Shown here: positions 46,995 to 60,019 of the stretch, one piece after another
Numbering within the stretch: position 1 is the first letter of the stretch
How the letters are laid out: every line of letters starts with the position of its first letter
Assembly (NCBI GenBank): GCA_964016885.1
Contig: OZ024744.1
Coordinates: forward strand, 135,408,001 to 135,472,000
DNA from: Eledone cirrhosa
Taxonomy: Eukaryota
Length of the DNA: 64,000 bases
Direction: 5' to 3'
Position numbers and translations under genes: made by a program
The notes under the pieces: generated by a model
Databases searched by the model: none
Seen by the model: only the letters and a program-made list of their open reading frames with translations
What the model was told of the DNA's origin: nothing

Positions 46995-47582
46995 TATCAT
47001 CACCTCCGTCTTATGTCCATTTTCCACACTAGCATGGTTAGACGGATTGTCCTGTTGTGGGCAATACTAGGTCAGGTGACCTTGTCTTGTTCCTACAGAA
47101 CTGATTTTGGCTTGGTTTCTACAGCTGGATGTCTTTCCTAACACCAACCTCATTTACAGTGTAGACTGGATACTTTTTGTTGTGACACCTACATAACCAC
47201 TTTACAGTGTAGACTGGGTACTTTTTGTTGTGACACCTACACTACCACTTTACAGTATGTACTGGGTACTTTTTGTTGTGACACCTACATGATCATTTTA
47301 CAGTGTGTACTGGGTACTTTTTGTTGTCACACCTACATGACCACTTTACAGTATGTACTGGGTACATCTTGTTGTGATACCTACATGACCACTTTACACT
47401 GTGCTTTTTGTTGTGACACCTACATGACCACTTTACAGTGTGGACTGGGTACTTTTTGTTGTGACACCTACATGACCACTTTACAGTGTGGACTGGGTAC
47501 TTTTTGTTGTGACACCTACATGACCACTTTACAGTGTGTACTGGGTACTTTTTGTTGTGATACCTACATGACCACTTTACAG
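46995..47582 (-). repeat. RTE 3'UTR fragment running into a 48-bp tandem array (about 9 units)
   Basis: RTE tail sequence at 46995-47155 continues directly into units TTTACAGTGTGTACTGGGTACTTTTTGTTGTGACACCTACATGACCAC. Confidence 0.88.
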
Positions 47583-48488
47583 ATTATGTAAGTAAATATT
47601 TTATTCCAATAACTAACTGAATTACCCGCTCGTTGCTGCATTCCACACTTTTTTTTTGTAAGAAAATGATGATTGATTTTAAATCAGTGATATAATTTAT
47701 GGAGAAAAACTCTGTATTTCAATATTACTCAATGTAAAATGTAATGCATGAAAAATTGAAAAACATTATTTTTTTAACATAATAAATACATGAAAATAAT
47801 TTTCATATTTTGTCCAAATGAACTTCAGGGTAAACAACATTTTCTGTCTTTCTTTGATTGGCTAAAATGTAGAGATTTTTGAAGTTCCAGTCCTTGAAAC
47901 AGCCACATAAAACATGCCATGACTGAAGCATGGGTTTGTCAGATCTATACCAATAGTTTTGAAAGTTTGACCTTAACTTTTATTGATGCTCATGGCAAAG
48001 CATGGACTCACTGGGAACTGCAGCCTCTTAAATATAAAAAGGCAACTCGCTATCTCTTGGTATAAGTGGAATCCTTGGAATAAGCCCCGAATATAATGGT
48101 TGCTTCAATCAAGTTCTCACGCAATCTTGTTCAATTTATTGGCCAAAATTTTCACTCTAGGGTGTTTAACCTCCATTAGGGTGTCTTAATATTATTGAAA
48201 TTTGCTGAATTTTGCTGAATTTTGTGAATAGGCATCATATCTTGTCATTTACCTATGGTTTAAATTTCATAGAAATCGAAGGGAAAAAATTTTCAGCAGG
48301 GATTTGTGCCCCCGGGGAACCTTTTTGATTAAAATGAAATATACTTATCCAAGTACCCTGGGCAATGTAGTTTCAGAATATATAAGGTTATGGGGGGTCT
48401 ATCTCTAAAACCATAGTAGTAGTTCGGGAACAAACAAACAGGCAGGAACTACAACTTATATATATATATAGATGTTTGTAAAACTCAC

Positions 48489-48593
48489 CAGTCTTGTATT
48501 CATTTTTCAAATTCCAAGCAATATCAGGCATGCGTGTGTCCCAGCCAATAATATTACCATTCACTGTGGCATAAGCTAACACAGACTTGGAAC
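48489..48593 (-). CDS. PIK3R4: PIK3R4/Vps15 internal exon (WD40)
   Basis: TTTCTGTTTAG|...|GTGAGT. Reads GSKSVLAYATVNGNIIGWDTRMPDIAWNLKNEYKT, with the Vps15 SVLAYATVNG motif, phase 1 to 1. Confidence 0.95.
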
Positions 48594-48703
48594 CTAAACA
48601 GAAAGAGCACAAGTAACAGTGAAAGAACAGTGCATCTGTGTTTATATATTTATATATATATATAAAGTACACAATAATCAAAGCTATGTTCAAATCATTT
48701 TAT

Positions 48704-48750
48704 TGCTGACAATTGTTTCTTCCAAACTTTCGTTTGGAACCATCGGAGCA
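48704..48750 (-). ncRNA. Hammerhead motif with mutated core (CCGATGG)
   Basis: Minus strand TGCT-CCGATGG-TTCCAAAC(GAAA)GTTTGGAA-GAAA-CAATTG-TC-AGCA. Confidence 0.65.
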
Positions 48751-49364
48751 TTAGCAATGTTTGTACATATAATTAACCTCCTATTCCACAGAACAATTGT
48801 ATAGATACACAACTCGAACACTGGATAACAATATAATAGGACCAATATACAATCCATAGCTGTAACTAATTAAAAACATAAATAAAATAAAATATAACCA
48901 ATGTGATGGAAAAGATAGCAATAACATTAATACCCTCAACACGTACACATTTGAACATAACAGAAACAATCATCACACTACATCCACCATAAGCTCATGA
49001 TTTTAATACACAAACATCTTTGCCTGCTTGATATGCTTGTAAACCTATGTTATTTTATGTGATACCTTTGCCATACAGTAATTATATATGCCTAGTACCA
49101 TTGCTTGTTTCCTACCTAGCTGTCCTGTATATGCCTAACGCATTTGCACTCTCTACATGCTTGCATATGTACTACTAACGTCCTCGTTTTACGAATAACT
49201 TTCTGCCTTAATGCCTCTTTAATTATTATACAATTCTCTTGTAATCTCTGTCACATCCATTCCACTCTGTAAATATGAAACTGTTGATGACAACATTAAT
49301 ATCCATGTATCTATATGATTGTTCAGTTGAATAGGAAGTTAATTATATGACCAAACTTTGCTAG

Positions 49365-49411
49365 TGCTCTGATGATTCCAAATGAAAGTTTGGAAGAAAC
49401 GATTGTCAGCA
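49365..49411 (+). ncRNA. Minimal type-I hammerhead ribozyme motif
   Basis: TGCT-CTGATGA-TTCCAAAT(GAAA)GTTTGGAA-GAAA-CGATTG-TC-AGCA, with a GUC cleavage triplet and AATAAA directly after. Confidence 0.85.
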
Positions 49412-49757
49412 ATAAAAGGTTTTGAACATAGTTTTGATTATTGTTTAATTTATATTCCGGCTCTGAACAACATCTGATGTATTTACATTGAGCTATTTTT
49501 CTTACAGGTAATAAGGTAGTAATAAATTACTGACCTTTCCTCTTTATAATTATATATAGTGTATATATAAGTATAAATAATATTATTATTATTATATGTA
49601 TATATATGTATGTATGTATGTACATGTGTATGTATGAACATGTGTATATATGAACATGTGTATGTATATAAACACACTTACGCATGAAGATAATTTATAT
49701 CTGCCAGTCTTTCTGTCTATATAACCCATGTAAACATGGAGAAAGAGACATATAATG

Positions 49758-49799
<42 letters not shown>

Positions 49800-50044
49800 C
49801 ATGTATATATATATATATATATTTCGTTTCTGAATTTGTTTAGCAAGATTCTTTATCTGAAATCGTGTGTTGAAACCGATATTGTTATACTTTGGGAGGG
49901 TCATGTTGCCAATAAGAAACACACGCACCAGTTGCTTTCACTTCAATTTATTATATATTTATAAATTTATAAATTTACAAATCTACAAACTTATAAATTT
50001 CTGGTTGGTTGGTTGGTTCCACAACCAGATAGTTGTTTATATAT

Positions 50045-50089
50045 AGTCATAGTCCTTTCGTCACACACTCTGTGACCTCTTCAGTGACT
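50045..50089 (-). ncRNA. Minimal hammerhead motif in the inverted PLE pseudo-LTR
   Basis: Minus strand AGTCA-CTGAAGA-GGTCAC(AGAGTGT)GTGAC-GAAA-GGAC-TA-TGACT. Confidence 0.72.
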
Positions 50090-51502
50090 GGGGATTCCTT
50101 TCTTTGTTTCTGTGCCTTTCCTTTCTTCTGTCCTACGCCATTTTGTTTCTGTGTGTGTGTTGTGTGCTCAGTTTGCGCATGCGCCACATCCGGGTGTCTG
50201 TGTGTGTTTGTGTTCATTTATCTATTTGTTTATTTATTTACATGTTGTTGGTTGGTTGTTCTATGTGTGTGTGTGTTTTCATTTTGTCCTTAATTGTAAG
50301 TTGTGATGTTGCTGTTCCACTCATATTTTCTATTTAATTTTGGTTGTAATTCTTTTATGCTTACTGCCTCTGTAATTTGCCTAAACATTGCATCTTTTCT
50401 GTGTGTGGATTCTATTTTTATTTCTATGTTCTCTAATTTACCCTTGTGTTCTATCTTAGCATGTTGGTAGAGTACAGATGATTCTTTATTATCTTGAAGG
50501 TCTCGCCAGTGTTCATTTATCCGTTCCCCTATACTACGAGCTGTCTCACCTATGTACACTATATGTTTGTTTCTACATTGTCCTTCCGTACATCTTATGC
50601 TATACACTACATTTCTAGTTTTACAGTTAATATGGGGGCTTATTTTACAGGTTATACATTTCTTATCTATACATGAGGGTCTTTGGAATGGGTATGTCTT
50701 GCTAATAAGTGTTTTTATGGAGGTACCTGGTCTTTCTACTATCTTAATATTGAGTTTATGTTTATTTAGGGCCCTTCTAAATTTGTAGGCTAGTTCGCCT
50801 CTAGGGGTTATATTGATGAACATTACACTCTGGTATTTATTGCTATCATACCATGAGTTTATTCTATTGGCCTTGTTCCTAGTTCTTTCTATTCTATTCC
50901 AAAATTTGCTCCTATACAAGGGGCAGGTCCCATTTATGTCATTATTTACCATTTTTTCCCATTTGGTTCTGGCTCCTCTATACACTCTGATTCTATCTCT
51001 CTGATTGTAGCCAGAGAACTGCATACGGTGGATGAAGTGTTGTATGTGTCTCTCTAGTTCTTCGGGGTTGCACATGCGGGACACATTTCTCATCACCCGT
51101 ACCAAATCCGCAATCAGTATGTTGATTTTGGTATGGTCCGAAATGGCCGAGTTTCGGTGGATCAGATGTTTGGAAGTCATGGGTTTGGCATAATGGGAAT
51201 GGAGGATTTGTTTTTGGTTGTTAATGGTATCTAACCAGAGCTCTGTGTCTAGTACAGGTAATCGATGGTTGGGGTGTCTACTTGGGTAGTTTATAGTAAC
51301 TCTAATGCTCTGGTGGATGGAGTTTGCTATTTGCTGGATGCTTTCCATTGTGTTTTTCTCTAGTTCCTGACTGTTCTCTAGTGGGGGTGTCTTAACTACG
51401 TAGCGGGAGTACATTATCAGGGTTAAGCTGTCTTCTAATTGTTCTTTAAGTTTAAGTTTAAGTCGACTGTGTTTAAGTCTACGTGTGTTTCTTATTGGCA
51501 AC

Positions 51503-54500
51503 ATGACCCTCCCAAAGTATAACAATATCGGTTTCAACACACGATTTCAGATAAAGAATCTTGCTAAACAAATTCAGAAACGAAATATCGTAAGCCTTAG
51601 CCAGGCTAACAAGATACTGAAAACCACCATGTTCTGTTGTCTACGAAAAACCATAACATCTCGACAACTATCCTTCATAAAGCTCTGTGCCTCTTCTAGA
51701 ATCTACACCAACACCATCAATACCGACGTTAGAAGATTACAACTCACCAAAAAACAAGCAGATAGGCTAAAACGAACTTTAATTCTAAACATAAAAAAGA
51801 TCTATAGAGAATTAAGTCATCAAGAAAAACAAAAGCGTAACCTAATACAAGAAATAGCTAGAATCACCACACCAACAGAGAAACTAATATTTATAAGCCT
51901 TATACGCCCCGAAGAACAGTACATTACTCAAGAATGTGATAAGCACTTTAACAGGAAACTAAAGTGGCTTAAACAGGCAAAGCTAAATCAGGATACTATA
52001 GAGTATACCAATAGATATCCCGACAAAATTGACGGTATCAACATGGGCGACACCTCATTATCAGAAGAGTTCAACAACAAAAACACCAACATTTATGGGA
52101 ACACAAAAATAGATAATGATGAAATGTCTGTGTTATATTTGCCGCCGAAATTTGCGACATTCAAGAAGGTAAATATGATTAGTTGTCTGTCAGAAATAGA
52201 AAAATCATTTACAAAACTACGCTGGAGCATCAAAAACAAAAGCAACAATATACGCACACACATATACAACACACATCCCAACAACAACAGACACACAGAC
52301 ACAAACAACAATAACAACAACACACACATCAACAACAACAACAATAGCAACATACCCAGAAACAACAACAACAGACACGCAGACACAAACAACAATAACA
52401 ACACACACAACAACGATAACACACACGGAGACAACAACAACACACATCAACAACAGCACACATCAACAACAACAACACACACGCATTCAATGCCTCTCAC
52501 CACCACAACAATCTTAACAAACACACAGACACAGAAAACAAGTAATGACAGTAGCACAGAAATCAGAGAAATAAGGGAAAGTAATAAGATTAAAAGGAAA
52601 AGGAGATGGGAGACTAAGGACAAAGAGAATAACCAAGACGAACACACAGACACACAAAATAGGGTAGATAACAACATTGAGCCAGTGGAAAGAGACAGGA
52701 GTAATTATGAGAGACATAGAAACAACCATGAGGCTGTTGGTGGAAATAGAAATAGAAACAACACAACTAACAATAACAATAGCACTAGTACACATAAAGC
52801 AGCAGCCTGGAACTCTCCGTTTTATAATCCCTCCGATAAATCATTCGACCTGCGACGAGTCCACGCCACGACTTTACCATTTAACAAACACACGCAGTTG
52901 CCGTCGCAGGTCGATGAACAAACAGAAGCACAATTTAGTATAGCTAAATCCGAACTTAGAAATATTATAGAACAGTATAGCAAGAAGCATAATAGAATAG
53001 AGGCCCAGCAACTGGGAGAAAAATCTGCAAATGGCTTGCGTAAGCTCATGCAGCGCTCACGTAATGGAGAGATAGCATGCTTTCCAACAGACAAGTCTGG
53101 CAGAATGTCGGTTGACAGCCTGCCAAACTACATCCAGGCAATGCAACCCCACATCACTAACACAAGAGAGGTAACACCACAGGAGCATGAGGATAGAGAA
53201 AAAGCCCTCAATGCCCATATGGTGATGTGGACGAATATAATGCAGCCCAACAAAAGGACTGCCAACAACTTCCAGGCCTGGAACAATGACGTGCCGGCGT
53301 TGTATGGGCTTCGAAAAGACCATAAAACGGGCTGTGACCCTGTCGCGGGACCACCAACACGGCCAGTCTGTGGAGCTAACATTGCTAGTAACTACAGACT
53401 GTCCTACTTCCTCTCCCTGATCATACGCCCCATCATTGAAATGTCCCAGATGTGTGTGACAGCACGGAGGACCTCCTCAGCAGAATCGGCGCGGGTAACC
53501 GATCTGGGGACCCAACAAACTGCATAATAGGCAGTATGGATGTTGTGTCCCTGTATCCATCTATTGACGTGGATTTTGCTGTGGAGAAATGCGTAGAAAT
53601 GATCAGCGAGAGCAAGGTTGAGTTCCGTGGGATTGATACCAGTGAGCTGGGACTTCTACTTAAGCTTACCCAAAGTAATAGTTACCTAGACACTTATGAC
53701 CTTAGCAACCTGTACCCTACAAGACCAGCAAGAGGCAGACCACCTACCATTACCTCTATGGCCAAGAAAACCCACACAGATAGATGGAACGGGTGGACCA
53801 GAGCCATACGGACACCCGAAAACCACGATGAACTGAAGAAAATGATTGCACATGCGGTGGGGGCCAGCATAAAATTAACCCTTAAGGAACATATGTTCAA
53901 ATTTAATGGAAAAACATATGCCCAAGAGGAAGGAGCAGCCATTGGTGTTAGCATTGCAGGCGACATAGCTAACTTATTCATGGTATGGTGGGACAGTAGA
54001 CTTAAACTTAAAGAACAATTAGAAGACAGCTTAACCCTGATAATGTACTCCCGCTACGTAGATGATATAAACATCGTAGTTAAGACACCCCCACTAGAGA
54101 ACAGTCAGGAACTAGAGAAAAACACAATGGAAAGCATCCAGCAAATAGCAAACTCCATCCACCAGAGCATTAGAGTTACTATAGACTACCCAAGTAGACA
54201 CCCCAACCATCGATTACCTGTACTAGACACAGAGCTCTGGTTAGATACCATTAACAACCAAAAACAAATCCTCCATTCCCATTATGCCAAACCCATGACT
54301 TCCAAACATCTGATCCACCGAAACTCGGCCATTTCGGACCATACCAAAATCAACATACTGATTGCGGATTTGGTACGGGTGATGAGAAATGTGTCCCGCA
54401 TGTGCAATCCCGAAGAACTAGAGAGACACATACAACACTTCATCCACCGTATGCAGTTCTCTGGCTACAATCAGAGAGATAGAATCAGAGTGTATAGAGG

Positions 54501-55185
54501 AGCCAGAACCAAATGGGAAAAAATGGTAAATAATGACATAAATGGGACCTGCCCCTTGTATAGGAGCAAATTTTGGAATAGAATAGAAAGAACTAGGAAC
54601 AAGGCCAACAGAATAAACTCATGGTATGATAGCAATAAATACCAGAGTGTAATGTTCATCAATACAACCCCTAGAGGCGAACTAGCCTACAAATTTAGAA
54701 GGGTCCTAAATAAACATAAACTCAATATTAAGATAGTAGAAAGACCAGGTACCTCCATAAAAACACTTATTAGCAAGACATACCCGTTCCAAAGACCCTC
54801 ATGTATAGATAAGAAATGTATAACCTGTAAAATAAGCCCCCATATTAACTGTAAAACTAGAAATGTAGTGTATAGCATAAGATGTACTGAAGGACAATGT
54901 AGAAACAAAAATATAGTGTACATAGGTGAGACAGCTCGTAGTATAGGGGAACGGATAAATGAACACTGGCGAGACCTTCAAGATAATAAAGAATCATCTG
55001 TACTCTACCAACATGCTAAGATAGAACACAAGGGTAAATTAGAGAACATAGAAATAAAAATAGAATCCACACACAGAAAAGATGCAATGTTTAGGCAAAT
55101 TACAGAGGCAGTAAGCATAAAAGAATTACAACCAAAATTAAATAGAAAATATGAGTGGAACAGCAACATCACAACTTACAATTAA
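51503..55185 (+). pseudogene. PLE ORF (RT and GIY-YIG) with one frameshift near 53445
   Basis: ATG at 51503 is in frame with ORF 51485..53527 (PPKF, PTDKSG, LYGLRKDHK, RPVC) and continues in ORF 53452..55185. Confidence 0.9.
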
Positions 55186-55385
55186 GGACAAAATGAAAAC
55201 ACACACACACATAGAACAACCAACCAACAACATGTAAATAAATAAACAAATAGATAAATGAACACAAACACACACAGACACCCGGATGTGGCGCATGCGC
55301 AAACTGAGCACACAACACACACACAGAAACAAAATGGCGTAGGACAGAAGAAAGGAAAGGCACAGAAACAAAGAAAGGAATCCCC

Positions 55386-55430
55386 AGTCACTGAAGAGGT
55401 CACAGAGTGTGTGACGAACGGACTATGACT
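55386..55430 (+). ncRNA. Hammerhead motif in the 3' pseudo-LTR, GAAA mutated to GAAC
   Basis: AGTCACTGAAGAGGTCACAGAGTGTGTGACGAACGGACTATGACT. Confidence 0.6.
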
Positions 55431-55594
55431 ATATATAAACAACTATCTGGTTGTGGAACCAACCAACCAACCAGAAATTTATAAGTTTGTAGATTTGTAA
55501 ATTTATAAATTTATAAATATATAATAAATTGAAGTGAAAGCAACTGGTGCGTGTGTTTCTTATTGGCAACATGACCCTCCCAAAGTATAACAAT

Positions 55595-55675
<81 letters not shown>

Positions 55676-55724
55676 CACACACACACATATATATATATAC
55701 AAACACATATATATATATACACAC

Positions 55725-58680
55725 AATTACCACAATAATATCAGCTTACGAACCCTAATTGGGGCTGCCAGACGAACTTAAGGATAGGTTTTACGAGTCC
55801 CTAATGCACACTACTGCTCTAACAGACGACAATGACTTCCTAATCATCACAGGAGATTTTAACGGACACGTAGGTAAACACTGCGACGGCTTCAATAGAG
55901 TACATGGAGGCCATGGGGTTGGCACAAGAAATGAGAAAGGATTCTGACTTCTAGAATTCTGCGACACCAATGACATGTCGATATGTAACACAAACTTTAA
56001 AAAACCCGACAACCACCTGATCACCTATAGATCAGTTGAGCACTCCAGTCAGATAGATTTTATCCTCATCAGAGGACGTGACAGATGGACGGTCGTAAAC
56101 ACAAAAACCTTCCCTAGTGAGGAATGTACATCCCAACATAGCTTAGTTGTCAGTGACCTCACGGTCAGAACTAGACGAACCTGGAAACAGAGGCCAACCT
56201 GGAGAAGAAAGATCTGGAAGCTGAAAGTCCCCTCAACCAGTAACAGATTTAAAGATATTTTACTCAACGCCTACGACAGTAAAGAAGAACAGATAGAGAC
56301 ATTCAATGTAGAAGAGAACTGGGAGTTCCTAAAATATAACTTACTAGAGACGACGGATGAGGTCTGTGGCTGGAGTAAGACCTCAAGCAGGAGGAGAGTG
56401 ACTTGGTGGTGGAACAATAAGGTAGATGAGGCAGTTAAGGCCAAGAGACAGGCATGGAAAGAATGGAAGAACGGGGGGAGCAGGATACATTACATAGAGA
56501 CCAAGAGGGAAGCTAGGCGACAAGTATATTTAGCTAGGAGGGAAGCAGAGGATAGAAAATTCAAGCATGTTTTGCAACGTGAGGACCAGAAACAGGAGGT
56601 GTTCAAGATTGCGAGGCAGTGTGTCAGAGATAGTTGTGATGTCATTGGAGAGAAGTCTATCCGGAATGATAAAGGTGAGCTTGTCCTCACAAGTGCTGAG
56701 AAGAAAGATGCATGGAAGAGTCATTATGATAGATTACTAAATGAGGAGAATGCATGGGAAGAAGAGACCCTACCCCAAGTAGACCCTATAGAGGGGCCAG
56801 CAGTACAAGTCAGCAGCAATGTAGTAAGTAAGGCAATTGTTAACCAGGTAATACTAGAAGGTGTCATACCAAAAGATTGGTGCAGTAGCATCAGTGTCAA
56901 CTGCTACAAAGGTAAAGGCGATGCACTAGATAGAGGAAACTATTGAGGTATAAAGTTGATGGACCAGGTCATGAAAGTAACAGAAAGAGTTATAGCACAG
57001 TTGATTAGGGGCCGGGTGGAAATAGACGAGATGCAATTTGGGTTTGTACCAGGAAGAGGCACCACTGATGCCCTCTTCCTTGTGAGGCAATTACAGGAAA
57101 AGTACCTAGCTAAAAGTAAGCCACTCTACTTGGCATTTGTCAACCTTGAGAAAGCCTTTGACAGAGTTCCACGTGCTGTAATCTGGTGGGCTCTTAGAAA
57201 ACTAGGAGTAGATGAATGGCTTGTGAAAGCGGTACAAGCCATGTATAGGGGAGCAGTCAGCAAAGTTAGGATAAGCAATGAGTATAGCGAGGAATTTAGC
57301 GTACAGGTTGGGGTCCACCAGGGCTCTGTTCTTAGCCCCCTCCTGTTCATCATAGTCCTGCAGGCAATAACGGAGGAGTTTAAGACCGGATGCCCATGGG
57401 AACTCCTGTATGCTGATGACCTTGCACTCATAGCTGAATCTATGGTAGAACTAGAGAAGAAATTCCAAACTTGGAAGCAGGGACTAGAAAGAAAGGGTCT
57501 CAAAGTCAACATGACAAAGACTAAGGTCCTTGTAAGTAGACGAGAAAACAGAACCCAGATCCCCTCAGGGAAATGGCCTTGCTCAGTATGTAGGAAAGGT
57601 GTAGGTAGGAACTCCATTCTCTGCCCCAAATGCAAACAATGGGTACACAAGAGATGTAGCGGGATCTCAGGAAGCTTAATTAAGAATGTAGGCTTCACAT
57701 GCAGCAGCTGTGCTGGGACAGCAAGCAGCAAACAGCCACAGGAAACAAGTACCACCAAGGGCTCTGTAGAAACAGTAGACAGCTTCTGCTACCTAGGTGA
57801 CCGAATTAGCAGCGGAGGTGGGTGTTCAGAAAGTACAATAACTAGGGTAAGACGGGAAGTCTTATGGAAGAAGTTTAGGGAACTACTACCACTGCTAGCT
57901 GCAAAAGGCTTCTCCCTCAGAATGAAAGGCAGACTGTATGATGCGTGTATCCGAACAGCGATGTTGCATGGTAGTGAGACCTGGGCGCTGAAGGTGGAAG
58001 ACTTACGTAGATTAGAGAGAAACGAAGCCTGCATGCTCCGATGGATGTGTAACAGTAATATACGTGAACGACAAAGCATAAATGAATTGAGAGAGAGACT
58101 GAGCATAAGAGAAATCAAATGCTGTGTGCAGGAGACGCAGTTGCGTTGGTATGGACATGTGATGCGTATGAAGGATGACAGCTGCATAAAAAGGTGCAGA
58201 GCACTAGAAGTTGATGGAAACCGCGGAGTGGGGAGACCCAAGATGACCTGGGATGAGGTGATAAAAGCCGACCTTACTCAATTACACCTCTCAAAGACAA
58301 TGACACACGACCGTGACTTCTGGCGTCACGCAGTAATACAGAGTACCCGACCTCCCATGGGTACAAGCTGAAGCATATAGACAATATGCCCCCACACCCC
58401 CCACCGCAAGGTGGTCGTGGAGGTGTCACTGCAAAAAAGCACCCAGCCCACACTGTAAAGTGGACGTGTAGGCGCCACGAAAAAGCACCCAGCACTCACT
58501 GTAAATGAGGTTGGTGTTAGGAAGGGCATCCAGCTGTAGAAATCAAGCCAGATCAGTTCCTGTATGAGCAAGGCATGGTCAGCCGACCAGACACTGCCCA
58601 CAACAGGACAACCCGTCTAACCCATGCTAGCGTGGAAGAACGGACGTAAAACGGTGATGATGATGATGATGATGATGACA
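55725..58680 (+). mobile_element. RTE-clade LINE, subfamily B, 5'-truncated with stops
   Basis: ORFs 55759..55947, 55975..56946 and 56956..58371 are collinear APE and RT pieces, followed by a 3'UTR and (GAT)n tail. Confidence 0.94.
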
Positions 58681-58690
58681 CACATATATA

Positions 58691-59575
<885 letters not shown>

Positions 59576-59873
59576 TATATATAAGGGACTCCAGCTGTAG
59601 AAACGAAGCCAAAATTAGTTCTGTATGAACGAGACATGATCACTTGATCTGGCATTGCCTACAACAAGATAAGTCATGTAACCCATGCTAGTGTGAAGAA
59701 ATGGATATATAATGGTGATAATGATGATATATTTAAGTGTAACATGAGTGTTATGGTGAGGGTAGTGGAGGGAGCTTGTGAGTGATGTGATGATGAAAGA
59801 ATGAATAGCAATTGTTAAATCAATATATAGCAATCAATATATTGAAATAGAAATAAATAACCAAGTTACTTAC

Positions 59874-59965
59874 CAGAATCAAAGAAATTCATGTCAACGA
59901 CATAACCATATTTAGAGACATCGACATTGTGAGTTGTGGCAGCAGTCACTTTTCCTGATTCTAAC
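59874..59965 (-). CDS. PIK3R4: PIK3R4/Vps15 internal exon (WD40), the most upstream exon in the window
   Basis: T-rich tract, TTTAG|...|GTAAGT. Reads LESGKVTAATTHNVDVSKYGYVVDMNFFDS(G), comparable to Vps15 G.VVDM..F.SG. Its phase-1 end fits the next exon. Confidence 0.85.
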
Positions 59966-60019
59966 CTAAACGTTAAAAAAAAAAAGTATGAATAAGTCTG
60001 TGTATATATATACACACAC

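Larger units (their letters stand above)
48661..49550. mobile_element. Non-coding PLE-like cassette with ~100-bp diverged inverted arms bearing hammerheads
   Basis: 48661-48755 is inverted at ~49360-49455. The right arm extends through the CGGCTCTG..ACATTGAGCTA motif. TA-rich flanks. Confidence 0.78.
49820..55595 (+). mobile_element. Penelope-like element (Neptune-like), full length, preceded by an inverted 5'-truncated copy (49820-51480, minus)
   Basis: RT (SMDVVSLYPSI, QEEGAAIG, SRYVDD, LPVLD), Cys-rich linker CIDKKCITC..C, GIY-YIG (VVYSIRC..VYIGET..ERINEH), pseudo-LTRs with hammerheads, and (TA)n at both ends. Confidence 0.95.

Noticed and set aside
47607-48390. Possible non-autonomous Helitron/Helentron-like repeat (starts AACTAACTGAATTACCCGCTCGTTGC)
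   Set aside because: Termini and hairpin could not be defined by eye and there is no second copy in the window. It needs a repeat-library search.
55945-56946. In-frame TGA codons in the RTE copy as possible selenocysteine or readthrough
   Set aside because: Sister copies have AGA (Arg) at the equivalent positions, so these are ordinary nonsense mutations.
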